Virus record (IMG/VR): IMGVR_UViG_3300035208_007487
Length of the DNA: 64,000 nucleotides
Origin: a virus
Taxonomy: Duplodnaviria; Caudoviricetes
Reading direction: 5' to 3' (one strand)
The notes under the pieces are model-generated. The model ran no database searches and was not told the origin of the DNA. It saw only the letters and a program-made list of their open reading frames with translations. How positions within the stretch are numbered: the first letter of the stretch is position 1; every line of letters starts with the position of its first letter. The position numbers and the translations under genes were made by a program. Shown here in pieces: positions 8,591 to 17,866 of the stretch.

Positions 8591-10142
8591 CAACTGTTCC
8601 ACTAAATGAAATACTAAATGTTAGAATAATTGTGTTACTATCAACAACCGTAATACTAGGAATAATTGTTGAACCCGATGAATTAGTACAATTTACAGTA
8701 ACTGTTTTATTTAAATTATGAATAATTGTTGCAGTAGTTACATTGTATAAAGTAGTTGAATAAGTTGAAGTAATTGTTTTTTCTATTGAATTTACAATAT
8801 TATTATCAGATATCTCAGCAAAATGATCATATGCTAAGTCAACTACTGAACTTACATTAGTAACTCTTAAATTGTCATATACTGAATTAGTACTATCAGA
8901 AGTTTTTTTAGTATCTTTTTTTGAATTAGAAATATTAGTTTCAGCTAATGTTATTTCAGCTTTTTTTTCAACTAATTTTGCACTTAAATTAGTTGTTAAT
9001 TCTTTAACACGTAATGCTGCACTATCATCATCTGATATTGGCAAAAATGAACTTAATTTAGATTTAATTACATTACTTTGAGAAGATTTGATTGCTTCTG
9101 ATTCAATGGCATCTCTAGCTAAAATAGAAGCTCTTCCTCCAGTTAATGTATCTAATTCCTCACATATTACCTTAATTGCCCCTAGAGAAGCATTTGCAAG
9201 GCATGTAGAGTATTCTAATTGTGTTTGGACATACTTGCTAAGTAGACCATCTGGACCGCTTAAACAGTCTTCTAGCATCTCTTTTATTGCTTTAGCTAAA
9301 GATGAATTATTTTTTTTAGCGGAAGCTGGTAATTTTGATAGCATAGATGAAGGCAATTTGCTATCTCCTAAATCACTGTGCCCATTTTGCTTTAATATTT
9401 CGTAAAATTTACTTTCTTTATTTTTTAGAAAATCACTTATTGTAGAACTAGATTCATTGAATAATAATGCAGTATGTCCTGGTTCACTTTCATTTATTAA
9501 TGAGCTATCATTAAATTCAATATGTAACTCAGTATTTGATTGTTTTATAAAAATTCCACTTAAATTGAAATAATCACTATTATTAATATAAAACCAATTT
9601 ACTATATTATAAACATAGTCGAAATATTCAGATTTAGTTCTAATATCTATAGCTAATCCTCTTTGATGAACTGAGGTATTAGGCTTGGCCCAAGTATATC
9701 CTAATGAATTTAGTGCGGATTGAATTGAATTGTAATCAAATTCAAATAAATAATTACCATTATATTTTCCTATCAATTCAGGATTTGTTTGTTTTGATTT
9801 GTACTTTGAAAAATTAATATTTGGATTATTATCATATAATAATTTCAATCCTATTTTTGCTTGTAATTCAGGAGGAATATATGCATTTGAAATGTATGTG
9901 CTTTCTGGCATATATCTCCCAACTATACTCCAAAAATCATAATGAAAACTTTTAAGATAAGCTCCATCTAAAATTAAAGGTTGCAATAAAGGATATCTTA
10001 ATGTTTTAATACTATTATTTACACCAGATACTTCATACACTTTAGCATCGCTAATCAGTGAACTATTTCCATTTTGGAAATAACTTAAAGCGCTTGCATT
10101 AAAATATGATAGTGAAAGATCACTGCCCTTTGGATAATTCAT
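8580..10142 (-). CDS. Putative virion protein with a peptidase M15-like domain
   Basis: SVHQRGLAID..LHIE (LAS metallopeptidase pattern), then a coiled-coil and a short C-terminal beta-rich module. Confidence 0.55.
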   Translation of the reverse strand: MNYPKGSDLSLSYFNASALSYFQNGNSSLISDAKVYEVSGVNNSIKTLRYPLLQPLILDGAYLKSFHYDFWSIVGRYMPESTYISNAYIPPELQAKIGLKLLYDNNPNINFSKYKSKQTNPELIGKYNGNYLFEFDYNSIQSALNSLGYTWAKPNTSVHQRGLAIDIRTKSEYFDYVYNIVNWFYINNSDYFNLSGIFIKQSNTELHIEFNDSSLINESEPGHTALLFNESSSTISDFLKNKESKFYEILKQNGHSDLGDSKLPSSMLSKLPASAKKNNSSLAKAIKEMLEDCLSGPDGLLSKYVQTQLEYSTCLANASLGAIKVICEELDTLTGGRASILARDAIESEAIKSSQSNVIKSKLSSFLPISDDDSAALRVKELTTNLSAKLVEKKAEITLAETNISNSKKDTKKTSDSTNSVYDNLRVTNVSSVVDLAYDHFAEISDNNIVNSIEKTITSTYSTTLYNVTTATIIHNLNKTVTVNCTNSSGSTIIPSITVVDSNTIILTFSISFSGTVVIR

Positions 10143-11748
10143 TTAAAGTATTTATTATAGAAAATGTATGGTTTAAAGTAAGAGTTTCTATATTGAATTT
10201 TTTCTTTAAGTAATAACCATGCCTAGCTATATATTGTAGATTAACTCTACTTCTCCACATATTTCCTGTTCTTTTTAAAATTGATAAATCATCTACTAAA
10301 TCATAGATAGTGGCAAAATCCTTAGTTTCATGTAATCTTAATATTCTACCTATTGATTGTACAATTGTTTCATATGAGCGCAAAGATGATGCAAAAATAC
10401 AATTATGTAATTTCTTGATGTTAATACCTGTTGACATTGTTGTATAAGTAGCAACTAATATAACACCTTCTCTATCATTCATTGAAGTAATAATGGCATC
10501 TCTTTTTGTTTTCTTTATGCCACCGTATATTATTTCTGTAGTAAATTGAGGATGATATTTGTTTATATGTTTAACAATATCATCCAATTCACCATTTTCT
10601 ATTTTACTACAAAGAATTAATGTATTTTGTTTAGGTGTTATTTTACCAGAATTTATTAAATTAGATATGGTCCATAATTTTGATTTATTTAATCTTAATA
10701 ATTCAACTTCCTCATCAAATTTTATATCATTTTGCTTCATAAATTTAATGGATTTTAAATCATAAGGTAACATTACTTCAACAATATTTGCTTTAGCCAA
10801 TATTCCTCTATCTTGAAGATCTTTAGTTTCAGCTAATATTATTTTTTTACCAAACGCACCTTCTAAAGTTTTCACATACAAAGGCTCTTCAGGAATCGTC
10901 CCGGTGAATCCTAGTCTGTATTCAGCATTTATGCATGAATTCAATACTCCTAATAATGTTTTACCATCTTTTTTTGCTCTATGCGCTTCATCTAACATAA
11001 CCATATTGAATCTATTACAGAATTCTTTATCTTTTGATAGTAATCCATCAATTGAATTATATACAGCTATCATTACTGGCTTAGTTAATGCATCTGCTTT
11101 TTCAGAGGCAGTAAATTCAGAATCATATAATCCAACATATTTGTCAATATTATTCCATTTATATGATTTAAAATCTCTATACATTTGAGTAACTAATGCT
11201 ACATTTGGAACTAACAATAATACTTTAAAATCTTTATCTTTATTTAAATGCATTAAATATCTTATTAATAGATAAATTAATACACTTTTACCAGATCCAG
11301 TAGGTGATTCAAATAATAGTCTTTTCTTTTTAATAGCTAATTTAAATCCATTAATTTGAAAATCATATGGATTGAATCCATTTAATTTAGCAAAATTATC
11401 AATAAATGAATCTATTTCATCGTAATTAATATTATCTTCTAAAAATGATGTTTTAATATCATCACTAACTTCTACTTCAAATGAAGATGCTTTTAGTAAT
11501 TTAACGGCTTCAGGCACTAAGCCTAATGGCAAAGCTCCATATATTTTTTTAAATACATGTAATTTACCATCATATCTAGTTATTTTTCTATTTTTGTACC
11601 TTTTATCAAATTTATAATTTGGAGTATATATTGCAAAATTACCATCTAAATATGATAATGGATTTGCATAAGTAGATTCTGTTTCTGATCTACCTAACCA
11701 AACAAATTTAGCCCATATATTGTTTAATTTATCTACTCTAACTGGCAC
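10120..11748 (-). CDS. uvsW: SF2 DNA/RNA helicase UvsW
   Basis: PTGSGKS, DEAH, GFTGT, STGINI, QSIGRILR; adjacent to uvsY. Confidence 0.92.
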   Translation of the reverse strand: MPVRVDKLNNIWAKFVWLGRSETESTYANPLSYLDGNFAIYTPNYKFDKRYKNRKITRYDGKLHVFKKIYGALPLGLVPEAVKLLKASSFEVEVSDDIKTSFLEDNINYDEIDSFIDNFAKLNGFNPYDFQINGFKLAIKKKRLLFESPTGSGKSVLIYLLIRYLMHLNKDKDFKVLLLVPNVALVTQMYRDFKSYKWNNIDKYVGLYDSEFTASEKADALTKPVMIAVYNSIDGLLSKDKEFCNRFNMVMLDEAHRAKKDGKTLLGVLNSCINAEYRLGFTGTIPEEPLYVKTLEGAFGKKIILAETKDLQDRGILAKANIVEVMLPYDLKSIKFMKQNDIKFDEEVELLRLNKSKLWTISNLINSGKITPKQNTLILCSKIENGELDDIVKHINKYHPQFTTEIIYGGIKKTKRDAIITSMNDREGVILVATYTTMSTGINIKKLHNCIFASSLRSYETIVQSIGRILRLHETKDFATIYDLVDDLSILKRTGNMWRSRVNLQYIARHGYYLKKKFNIETLTLNHTFSIINTLNELSKGQ

Positions 11749-11778
11749 ATATAGTATTTATGCCATTATTAAAGCCAT

Positions 11779-12234
11779 TTAGTATGCCATTAATGAAGTC
11801 TTAATCAATTCAACTTGATTTGATACTTTAGCATTAATGTATTTAAAATACTCTACATAATCCTTAAGTAAATTGTATATTACTTCTAATTTTGAGATAC
11901 TTTCTCGTATTGAAATATATTCACTATCAAGGGCTATTTTTTCAAGCATTTCAGTCTTGTCAATAACTCTATGTTCATTGAAAGTTTCATCATATCTACA
12001 TTTTTGTTTTATTTTATTTTCTATAATATTTAATTTATTTTTTAATTGATTTAATTTTATAGAAGTTCTACCTAATTTTGATAACCATTTATTAAATAGC
12101 AATCCAGTACCTAGATTGTATCTCATTAAATCTTCAATTTTCTCTGGAAGTACACTATCTTTTTCAAATATATTAATGAGATTTTCAAGTTTATATTCTT
12201 CATCAAACATTATCTCAAAATCAGTCTTTTCCAT
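11779..12234 (-). CDS. uvsY: Recombination mediator, UvsY-like
   Basis: Helical 151-aa protein directly upstream of uvsW, as in T4. Confidence 0.65.
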   Translation of the reverse strand: MEKTDFEIMFDEEYKLENLINIFEKDSVLPEKIEDLMRYNLGTGLLFNKWLSKLGRTSIKLNQLKNKLNIIENKIKQKCRYDETFNEHRVIDKTEMLEKIALDSEYISIRESISKLEVIYNLLKDYVEYFKYINAKVSNQVELIKTSLMAY

Positions 12235-12297
12235 TATGTAAATTATAACTATTGTTTAATAGCTATATATAAATTATATATAATTATTTAATAATTC

Positions 12298-12525
12298 AAT
12301 ATGTTCTTTAATAATTATATATACTATAAATTATTCAATATATTGTACGAAGTACTAATAAATTAATCAATAATATATCAATACTTTTAAGATATTTAAC
12401 AATATATATTTAATTCTTTAATATGTTCTTTAATAATTATATATACTATAAATTATTCAATATATTGTACGAAGTACTAATAAATTAATCAATAATATAT
12501 CAATACTTTTAAGATATTTAACAAT
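12298..12525. repeat. Perfect 106-bp AT-rich direct repeat, two copies (12298-12403 and 12420-12525)
   Basis: AATATGTTCTTTAATAATT...GTACGAAGTAC...GATATTTAACAAT is identical in both copies; period 122 bp. Confidence 0.95.
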
Positions 12526-12534
12526 TGGATATAA

Positions 12535-12846
12535 TTTCTCTAATTCCCCCTTCCAGCCCCATTGAGATTTGACGAATCTCAGCTAGAAGAAGTACTTCTC
12601 TACATTACAAAACTTATGTCATTAAGAATTATATGTAACGCCCCCCTTTAGATACTCAGTTGTGATTTCGATGAAATCTAGGAATTTCTCTTCCTAATCA
12701 ACTACCTCTGCCATGCTCCAGTTGTTAAGATATACTTAACAACCTCCCGTAGGCGTATCTACAATGTCTATGAGCCAGCTTCATCAGCTTTGATTTCTCG
12801 TGACTCTCATAAACCTTCCTCCGATTTCTGTTAGCTCGGAAACTCT
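12535..12846 (-). ncRNA. Candidate structured non-coding RNA (~310 nt), family unknown
   Basis: GC-enriched, no long ORF, about 10 nested helices; TGTTATACT promoter at 12861-12853. Confidence 0.55.
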
Positions 12847-12907
12847 AAGCAAAGTATAACAAAAAATTTTGGTTTGATATAATTACTTAGTAGAACTAAA
12901 TAAGTAG

Positions 12908-14251
12908 GTGAGCATGAAACATTTTTTAAAATATAGCACCGAATTAATTGATTTAATTTTAGGTGAATTATCCAATGGAGCTTCAGTTAAAGATTTATCT
13001 AAAAAATATGCAATAGATACTAGACGCATATATGAATGGAAAAACAAGCATAGAAAAAAAGTAGATGTTTCAATTAAACAAGATTTAGAGATTAAAGAAG
13101 AAAACGAAAAAGTAATTACTTCAAATTCTAAAGAATTTTTAACAATTGAAGAAGTATTAAGAAAAAATGGAATATCTCAAGATGAATGGGAAGTTACCAA
13201 TGTAAAGATAAACAATTGGGAAGATTCATCAGGTGAAGTGCATTATCAAAATAAAATAAATTTAATTAAGAAAAATATTAATTTAACTTATGAAGTACCG
13301 GCTCCAATTATAATTAATAATAATTCGCATCAATCATATCGTGCAACTTTAAATACAAATTTAAAATGTGCAATAATTTTACCAGACATTCAAACTGGTT
13401 TTAGACGAGATGTTAATACTGGTAAACTAACTGCTATTCATGATAGAGTTGCAATAGATTTAGCTCTTCAATTAATTAAATATTTAAATCCTCATAGAGT
13501 TGTTTTATTAGGAGATAATTTAGATTTAGCAGAATTTTCAACTAAATATCAAATTTCAAATGATTTTTATTTTACAACTCAAGCATCTCTAGTAGAACTA
13601 GCTTGGTGGCTTGGGCAAATAAGATCAATAAATCCTAACATGCAAATTGATTACACACAAGGTAATCATGAAAAAAGACTTGAAAAATATATAAATGAAA
13701 AAGCAATTGCATTAAGCGGCTTAAAAGCTGCAAATAACCTAAATGGATTTCCTTCAATTAGTGTCGAATCGTTATTAGGTTTAGATTCTTTAAATATTAA
13801 ATGTCATTCATATCCAGAAGGTAAAGTAGCTCTTAATAGTAATTTAATTTGTATACATGGAGAAACAGCAAAAGGCCAATCTGGTGCAACTGTTTCTGAA
13901 TTAGTTAAATCAGCCAGAGTATCAGTAATTCAAGGGCATATACATAGACATGAAGTAGCTGTTAGAACTACTTGGGATGCTTATGATGATTATTATCAAT
14001 ACACTGCTGCATCATTTGGATGTTTATGTAAAATAGCTCCAGGGGTTGTACCTGGAATGAAGATACGCCAAAATTGGCAAAACGGCATTGGTATTGTTTG
14101 GTATGAAGAATCTGGATTAGAACAATTTAGATTAGAATATGTACCAATTATTAATGGTAGAAGCTTATATGATGGAGTAATATTTAATGGTAGTAATGAA
14201 TCAGATATTGTAAAAAACATAGAAAGCGACACTAATTATAAAGTATCATGA
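12908..14251 (+). CDS. Calcineurin-like metallophosphoesterase with an N-terminal HTH
   Basis: PDIQ, LGDNLD, GNHE, IHG, GHIH; HTH-like GASVKDLSKKYAIDTRRIYEW. Confidence 0.85.
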   Translation: MSMKHFLKYSTELIDLILGELSNGASVKDLSKKYAIDTRRIYEWKNKHRKKVDVSIKQDLEIKEENEKVITSNSKEFLTIEEVLRKNGISQDEWEVTNVKINNWEDSSGEVHYQNKINLIKKNINLTYEVPAPIIINNNSHQSYRATLNTNLKCAIILPDIQTGFRRDVNTGKLTAIHDRVAIDLALQLIKYLNPHRVVLLGDNLDLAEFSTKYQISNDFYFTTQASLVELAWWLGQIRSINPNMQIDYTQGNHEKRLEKYINEKAIALSGLKAANNLNGFPSISVESLLGLDSLNIKCHSYPEGKVALNSNLICIHGETAKGQSGATVSELVKSARVSVIQGHIHRHEVAVRTTWDAYDDYYQYTAASFGCLCKIAPGVVPGMKIRQNWQNGIGIVWYEESGLEQFRLEYVPIINGRSLYDGVIFNGSNESDIVKNIESDTNYKVS

Positions 14252-14547
14252 GCTATTTTAATAAAGAATCTCAAGATAATAAAATAAAAGAATCAGATTT
14301 AACTAAAATATTTGCTAAATTTCTAGATATTAATGATACTGAAGATAGATTTAAAATACATGACAATATTATTAAAGCTATCAGATTAGTATTAGGGGAA
14401 TTTAAACCAGAATACGCTCATTTTATTCAAGAAATAATTGATTTATATTTTGGGGAAATTGAAGTTCCAAATAATATCATTAATGAACCTATTGCAAAAA
14501 TAAACAAATTCGATACTTCTGAAAAATTCAAGAAATTAAAGATATAA
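14248..14547 (+). CDS. Hypothetical protein (99 aa)
   Basis: ATGA overlap with the upstream gene. Confidence 0.65.
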   Translation: MSYFNKESQDNKIKESDLTKIFAKFLDINDTEDRFKIHDNIIKAIRLVLGEFKPEYAHFIQEIIDLYFGEIEVPNNIINEPIAKINKFDTSEKFKKLKI

Positions 14548-14554
14548 TTACTAC

Positions 14555-16423
14555 ATGTCGAGGTATATTGAATTCGTAGAATGTGGTTTTAAAAATATTT
14601 TTAGATATGGGGCTAATTGGACAGTATTTAAGTTCAATAGTGGATTAACGAATGTATTTGGAAAAAATGGAATAGGTAAATCCACTATATTAGAAGCTCT
14701 TCATTATTGTTTGTTTGGTGAATCATATCGGGGGCTTACTTTAGCCAAATTAATCAATAGATCTAATAAGAAAAATTTTGAAATATATTTAATAATTAAA
14801 ATAGTTTCAAATGGCAAAGAAGTTACTTATAAAATATTAAGAGGGCTTGATCCTAAAATTGAACAATTATATATACTAGGAGATCCGAAACCAATAGATA
14901 TTAACGGTAGATTTAACAAATATATTATTGATAATTTATTAGGATTTGATGCTAATATTAATAAAAAAGTAATATCAGTTAATCCAAAAAACAATTCATT
15001 CACTACAATGTCTTTAGATGAAAGACGAAAAGTTATTGATTCAATAGTTAATCTAAGTAAAACTAAAGAATATTTGAAAAATATAAAAGATAAATTAAAT
15101 GAAGAAGCTACTAAAAAAACAATATTAATATCTGATATTGATTTTAATAAGCGTTCGGCTGAACCTTATGAAATAATGATTGCTAAAAATGACATTGATA
15201 AAGATAGCAAGATCAACGCTATTGATTTATCAATATCAAAATGCAAGAAAGAGCAAGAAGATAATAATGTAAAATTAGTAGAATTAAATAATGGATTAAG
15301 TGATTTGGATGAAAATATCAATAAATTACTTAAAGAAGAGGCTGATTTAAAATCAGTTTATTTATTAAAAAACCCAAAAGAATTAAATAATAAATTAATT
15401 AAACTTAAATCAAGTTTATTATATCTGAAAAATAAAGCAAAGGATAAGAAAAATGAAATATCTAAAATCATTCCTAATACCATATGTTCTCACTGTGGAA
15501 ATAGTTATACAGTGGATCAAGCTAATGATAAAAGACGAGAAGAAACAATAGAATATAATAAAATACTTGAAGATGGTCGTAAAGTTAATGATGAATTAAA
15601 ATCTCTTAATGATGAAATCAATGCGTTAACTAAGGAATATGACAACATTTCTAAATTAACTAATGAAATCATGGCTCTTAAAGATATAAAAAGTCAAAAG
15701 GTATATGAGATTAAAATAATTGAACAACAAAATCTATTAAGTAGTCGATCTATAGATGAATTAAGTGAAAATAGATTAGAATTATTAAAAGATAACACTA
15801 ATATTGATTCTATAAAAAATAAATTAGCTGAAATTAATAAAAATAAAATTAAATTAGATGTACAATTAGTTGAAATAAACAAGAGCATAGATAATTTGTC
15901 ATATTCGGCTAAGATGTTTTCGGACACTGGGCTTAAATCATTAATCTTACGCAAATTTTTGCCCATTTTAAATAAATTAATAAATTTCTATTTAAAAAAG
16001 TTTGAACTTAATATTACTTTCAATATTACCGAAGATTATAAGTATAATATTATTGCAGGAAATGAATATTCAGATGATTTTGATGGGTTATCAGGTGGCC
16101 AGCAGCAACGCATTAATTTGGCTATATTATTTGCACAAACTGATTTAATAAAATTAATAGGTAATTTTAAAACTAATTTATTATTTTTAGATGAATATAT
16201 TGATGGTGGAGTAGACGATGAAGGCTTAAATGCTACTATTAAAATATTAAAACAAATATGTTTAAAAGATAATAAATCAATTGTATTGATTTCTCATAAA
16301 TTAAATGCAAATATTATAAAAGAATTAGATTATTTTTATCACGCTAAGAAAATTAATGATAATTTTTCAGAATTAGTAGAAGTTGATTCGAGTTATACAT
16401 CTGAAATATTACTAGAAAATTAA
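14555..16423 (+). CDS. Recombination ATPase gp46 (Rad50/SbcC-like)
   Basis: GKNGIGKS, coiled-coil with CSHC Zn-hook, LSGGQ, FLDE, ISH. Confidence 0.93.
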   Translation: MSRYIEFVECGFKNIFRYGANWTVFKFNSGLTNVFGKNGIGKSTILEALHYCLFGESYRGLTLAKLINRSNKKNFEIYLIIKIVSNGKEVTYKILRGLDPKIEQLYILGDPKPIDINGRFNKYIIDNLLGFDANINKKVISVNPKNNSFTTMSLDERRKVIDSIVNLSKTKEYLKNIKDKLNEEATKKTILISDIDFNKRSAEPYEIMIAKNDIDKDSKINAIDLSISKCKKEQEDNNVKLVELNNGLSDLDENINKLLKEEADLKSVYLLKNPKELNNKLIKLKSSLLYLKNKAKDKKNEISKIIPNTICSHCGNSYTVDQANDKRREETIEYNKILEDGRKVNDELKSLNDEINALTKEYDNISKLTNEIMALKDIKSQKVYEIKIIEQQNLLSSRSIDELSENRLELLKDNTNIDSIKNKLAEINKNKIKLDVQLVEINKSIDNLSYSAKMFSDTGLKSLILRKFLPILNKLINFYLKKFELNITFNITEDYKYNIIAGNEYSDDFDGLSGGQQQRINLAILFAQTDLIKLIGNFKTNLLFLDEYIDGGVDDEGLNATIKILKQICLKDNKSIVLISHKLNANIIKELDYFYHAKKINDNFSELVEVDSSYTSEILLEN

Positions 16424-16448
16424 CTCTAAATAATACTGAGGTGTTATA

Positions 16449-17366
16449 TTGCGAAATGCTGAAGAAATAATCAAGGATTTAGGCGAACTCTCTCCGATTG
16501 AATGGAATTCGGCTTTAGCTAAAGAATATGATTTAAGTGAAGAAGAATTTATAAAAATAGTATCTGCATATAATTATACAGTATTGTCTGAGGATAATAT
16601 TCATCATAAAATGAAACCTGTCTATGCTATTATTTCTGAAAAATTAACAAATAAACCTATTGAAGATAATAAATCAATTAAAGATATTATTAAAATTTCA
16701 TTTGTAGTTAGAGATATTGGCGGTATTTTATTTGAATTAGGGGATGTATTAGATCAAATGATTTTCTGCGGATTTGTTATGCGTGAAAGTCAAATGAGTG
16801 CATTAATTATTAAAAATTGTATTTTCAATAATTGCACAATGGTTGGTACTAATTTTCAATCAACTAGATTCATTCAATGTAAATTTATTGATTGTGATTT
16901 TTCTGGAGCCGATTTTAGCTCAAGTTTATTTATAAAATGCCAATTTTTTGAAAATAATTTTAGAAACGCCACCTGCAATGATTTGAAAATATACGATGGT
17001 GCATTTTATAATTGTGAATTATTTGAGAGTGATTTTGATGGCTCGTCTGTTGTTAATACCTTAATACATGGCACTAGTTTTGTCAATGGATCATTTAAAA
17101 ATATTGATTTTTTGAGTACTGTTATTACTTATTGCGATTTTAAAAATTCATCATTAAAAAATTCATCATTTCTAGATTGTAATTTAATTTCAATTGATTT
17201 ACGTGATTCTACTTTGAATGGATTAGCATTAGTTGGAACATATAAAAGTGCATTATTAGTAGATGCAATGTATTCTGATTTATTTGAGGGATCTAGTGAT
17301 GATTCTGAAAACTCGGATAGTTCATTTGATGATGGAGATGAGGATAGTAGTTATGCAGATGATTGA
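16449..17366 (+). CDS. Pentapeptide-repeat protein with an acidic tail
   Basis: More than 25 tandem pentapeptides (FNNCT MVGTN FQSTR FIQCK FIDCD FSGAD...); GAGGTG SD before the TTG. Confidence 0.88.
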   Translation: MRNAEEIIKDLGELSPIEWNSALAKEYDLSEEEFIKIVSAYNYTVLSEDNIHHKMKPVYAIISEKLTNKPIEDNKSIKDIIKISFVVRDIGGILFELGDVLDQMIFCGFVMRESQMSALIIKNCIFNNCTMVGTNFQSTRFIQCKFIDCDFSGADFSSSLFIKCQFFENNFRNATCNDLKIYDGAFYNCELFESDFDGSSVVNTLIHGTSFVNGSFKNIDFLSTVITYCDFKNSSLKNSSFLDCNLISIDLRDSTLNGLALVGTYKSALLVDAMYSDLFEGSSDDSENSDSSFDDGDEDSSYADD

Positions 17367-17853
17367 TCATAATGAAGCAATGTCATTTGAATATGACCCT
17401 GATAGAATATTATTAGATTCTGGAGAAATGTATTCAGATTATATTAATAAAATAAAGAATACTTATAATTTCAGGTATTACATGCCATCAGTTATTGCTG
17501 TTAAAGGTATAAATTATGATATTGATAGATTTATCATTATATCAAATATTGTTAGATTAAAATATGCAGCATTACTGGAACTATTCATTGAAGATGAAAC
17601 TCCTGAAATTTTTTGTATAATTTTTGAAAAATATTTAGACGCATTAGCTTGCAATAAAACTGATGTAATTTTTAGAGATGGATTGGGCAATTCAATTTTT
17701 CATTATGATGCGGCTCAAGCTACTCATAGAAAAAATGCATATGAAGTAATAGAATCAGCTTTTAATAGTAACCATATTACTAAAATATCTATATTAAACG
17801 ACATTAACACTAAAGGCATTACTGTATTAGATGTAATTAATTCAAATATTTGA
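17353..17853 (+). CDS. Hypothetical protein with an ankyrin-like C-terminus (start probably 17353 or 17359)
   Basis: RDGLGNSIFHY and INTKGITVLDV resemble ankyrin DxxGxTxLH motifs. Confidence 0.5.
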   Translation: MQMIDHNEAMSFEYDPDRILLDSGEMYSDYINKIKNTYNFRYYMPSVIAVKGINYDIDRFIIISNIVRLKYAALLELFIEDETPEIFCIIFEKYLDALACNKTDVIFRDGLGNSIFHYDAAQATHRKNAYEVIESAFNSNHITKISILNDINTKGITVLDVINSNI

Positions 17854-17866
17854 TATAATTAATTTA

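Noticed and set aside
12298-12525. CRISPR array
   Set aside because: Only two copies of a 106-bp unit with a 16-bp gap, and no cas genes
12784-12810. 8-codon minus-strand ORF MRVTRNQS with an upstream AGGAAGG
   Set aside because: Too short to support and embedded in predicted helices; cannot be fully excluded as a leader peptide
12541-12846. tmRNA, RNase P RNA, hammerhead ribozyme or group I intron
   Set aside because: GGGGCTG is not followed by the tmRNA TTCGA and there is no CCA end; GAGGAAGGT does not complete the RNase P P4 motif; CTGATGA sits in a simple hairpin with no properly placed GAAA; no interrupted host gene
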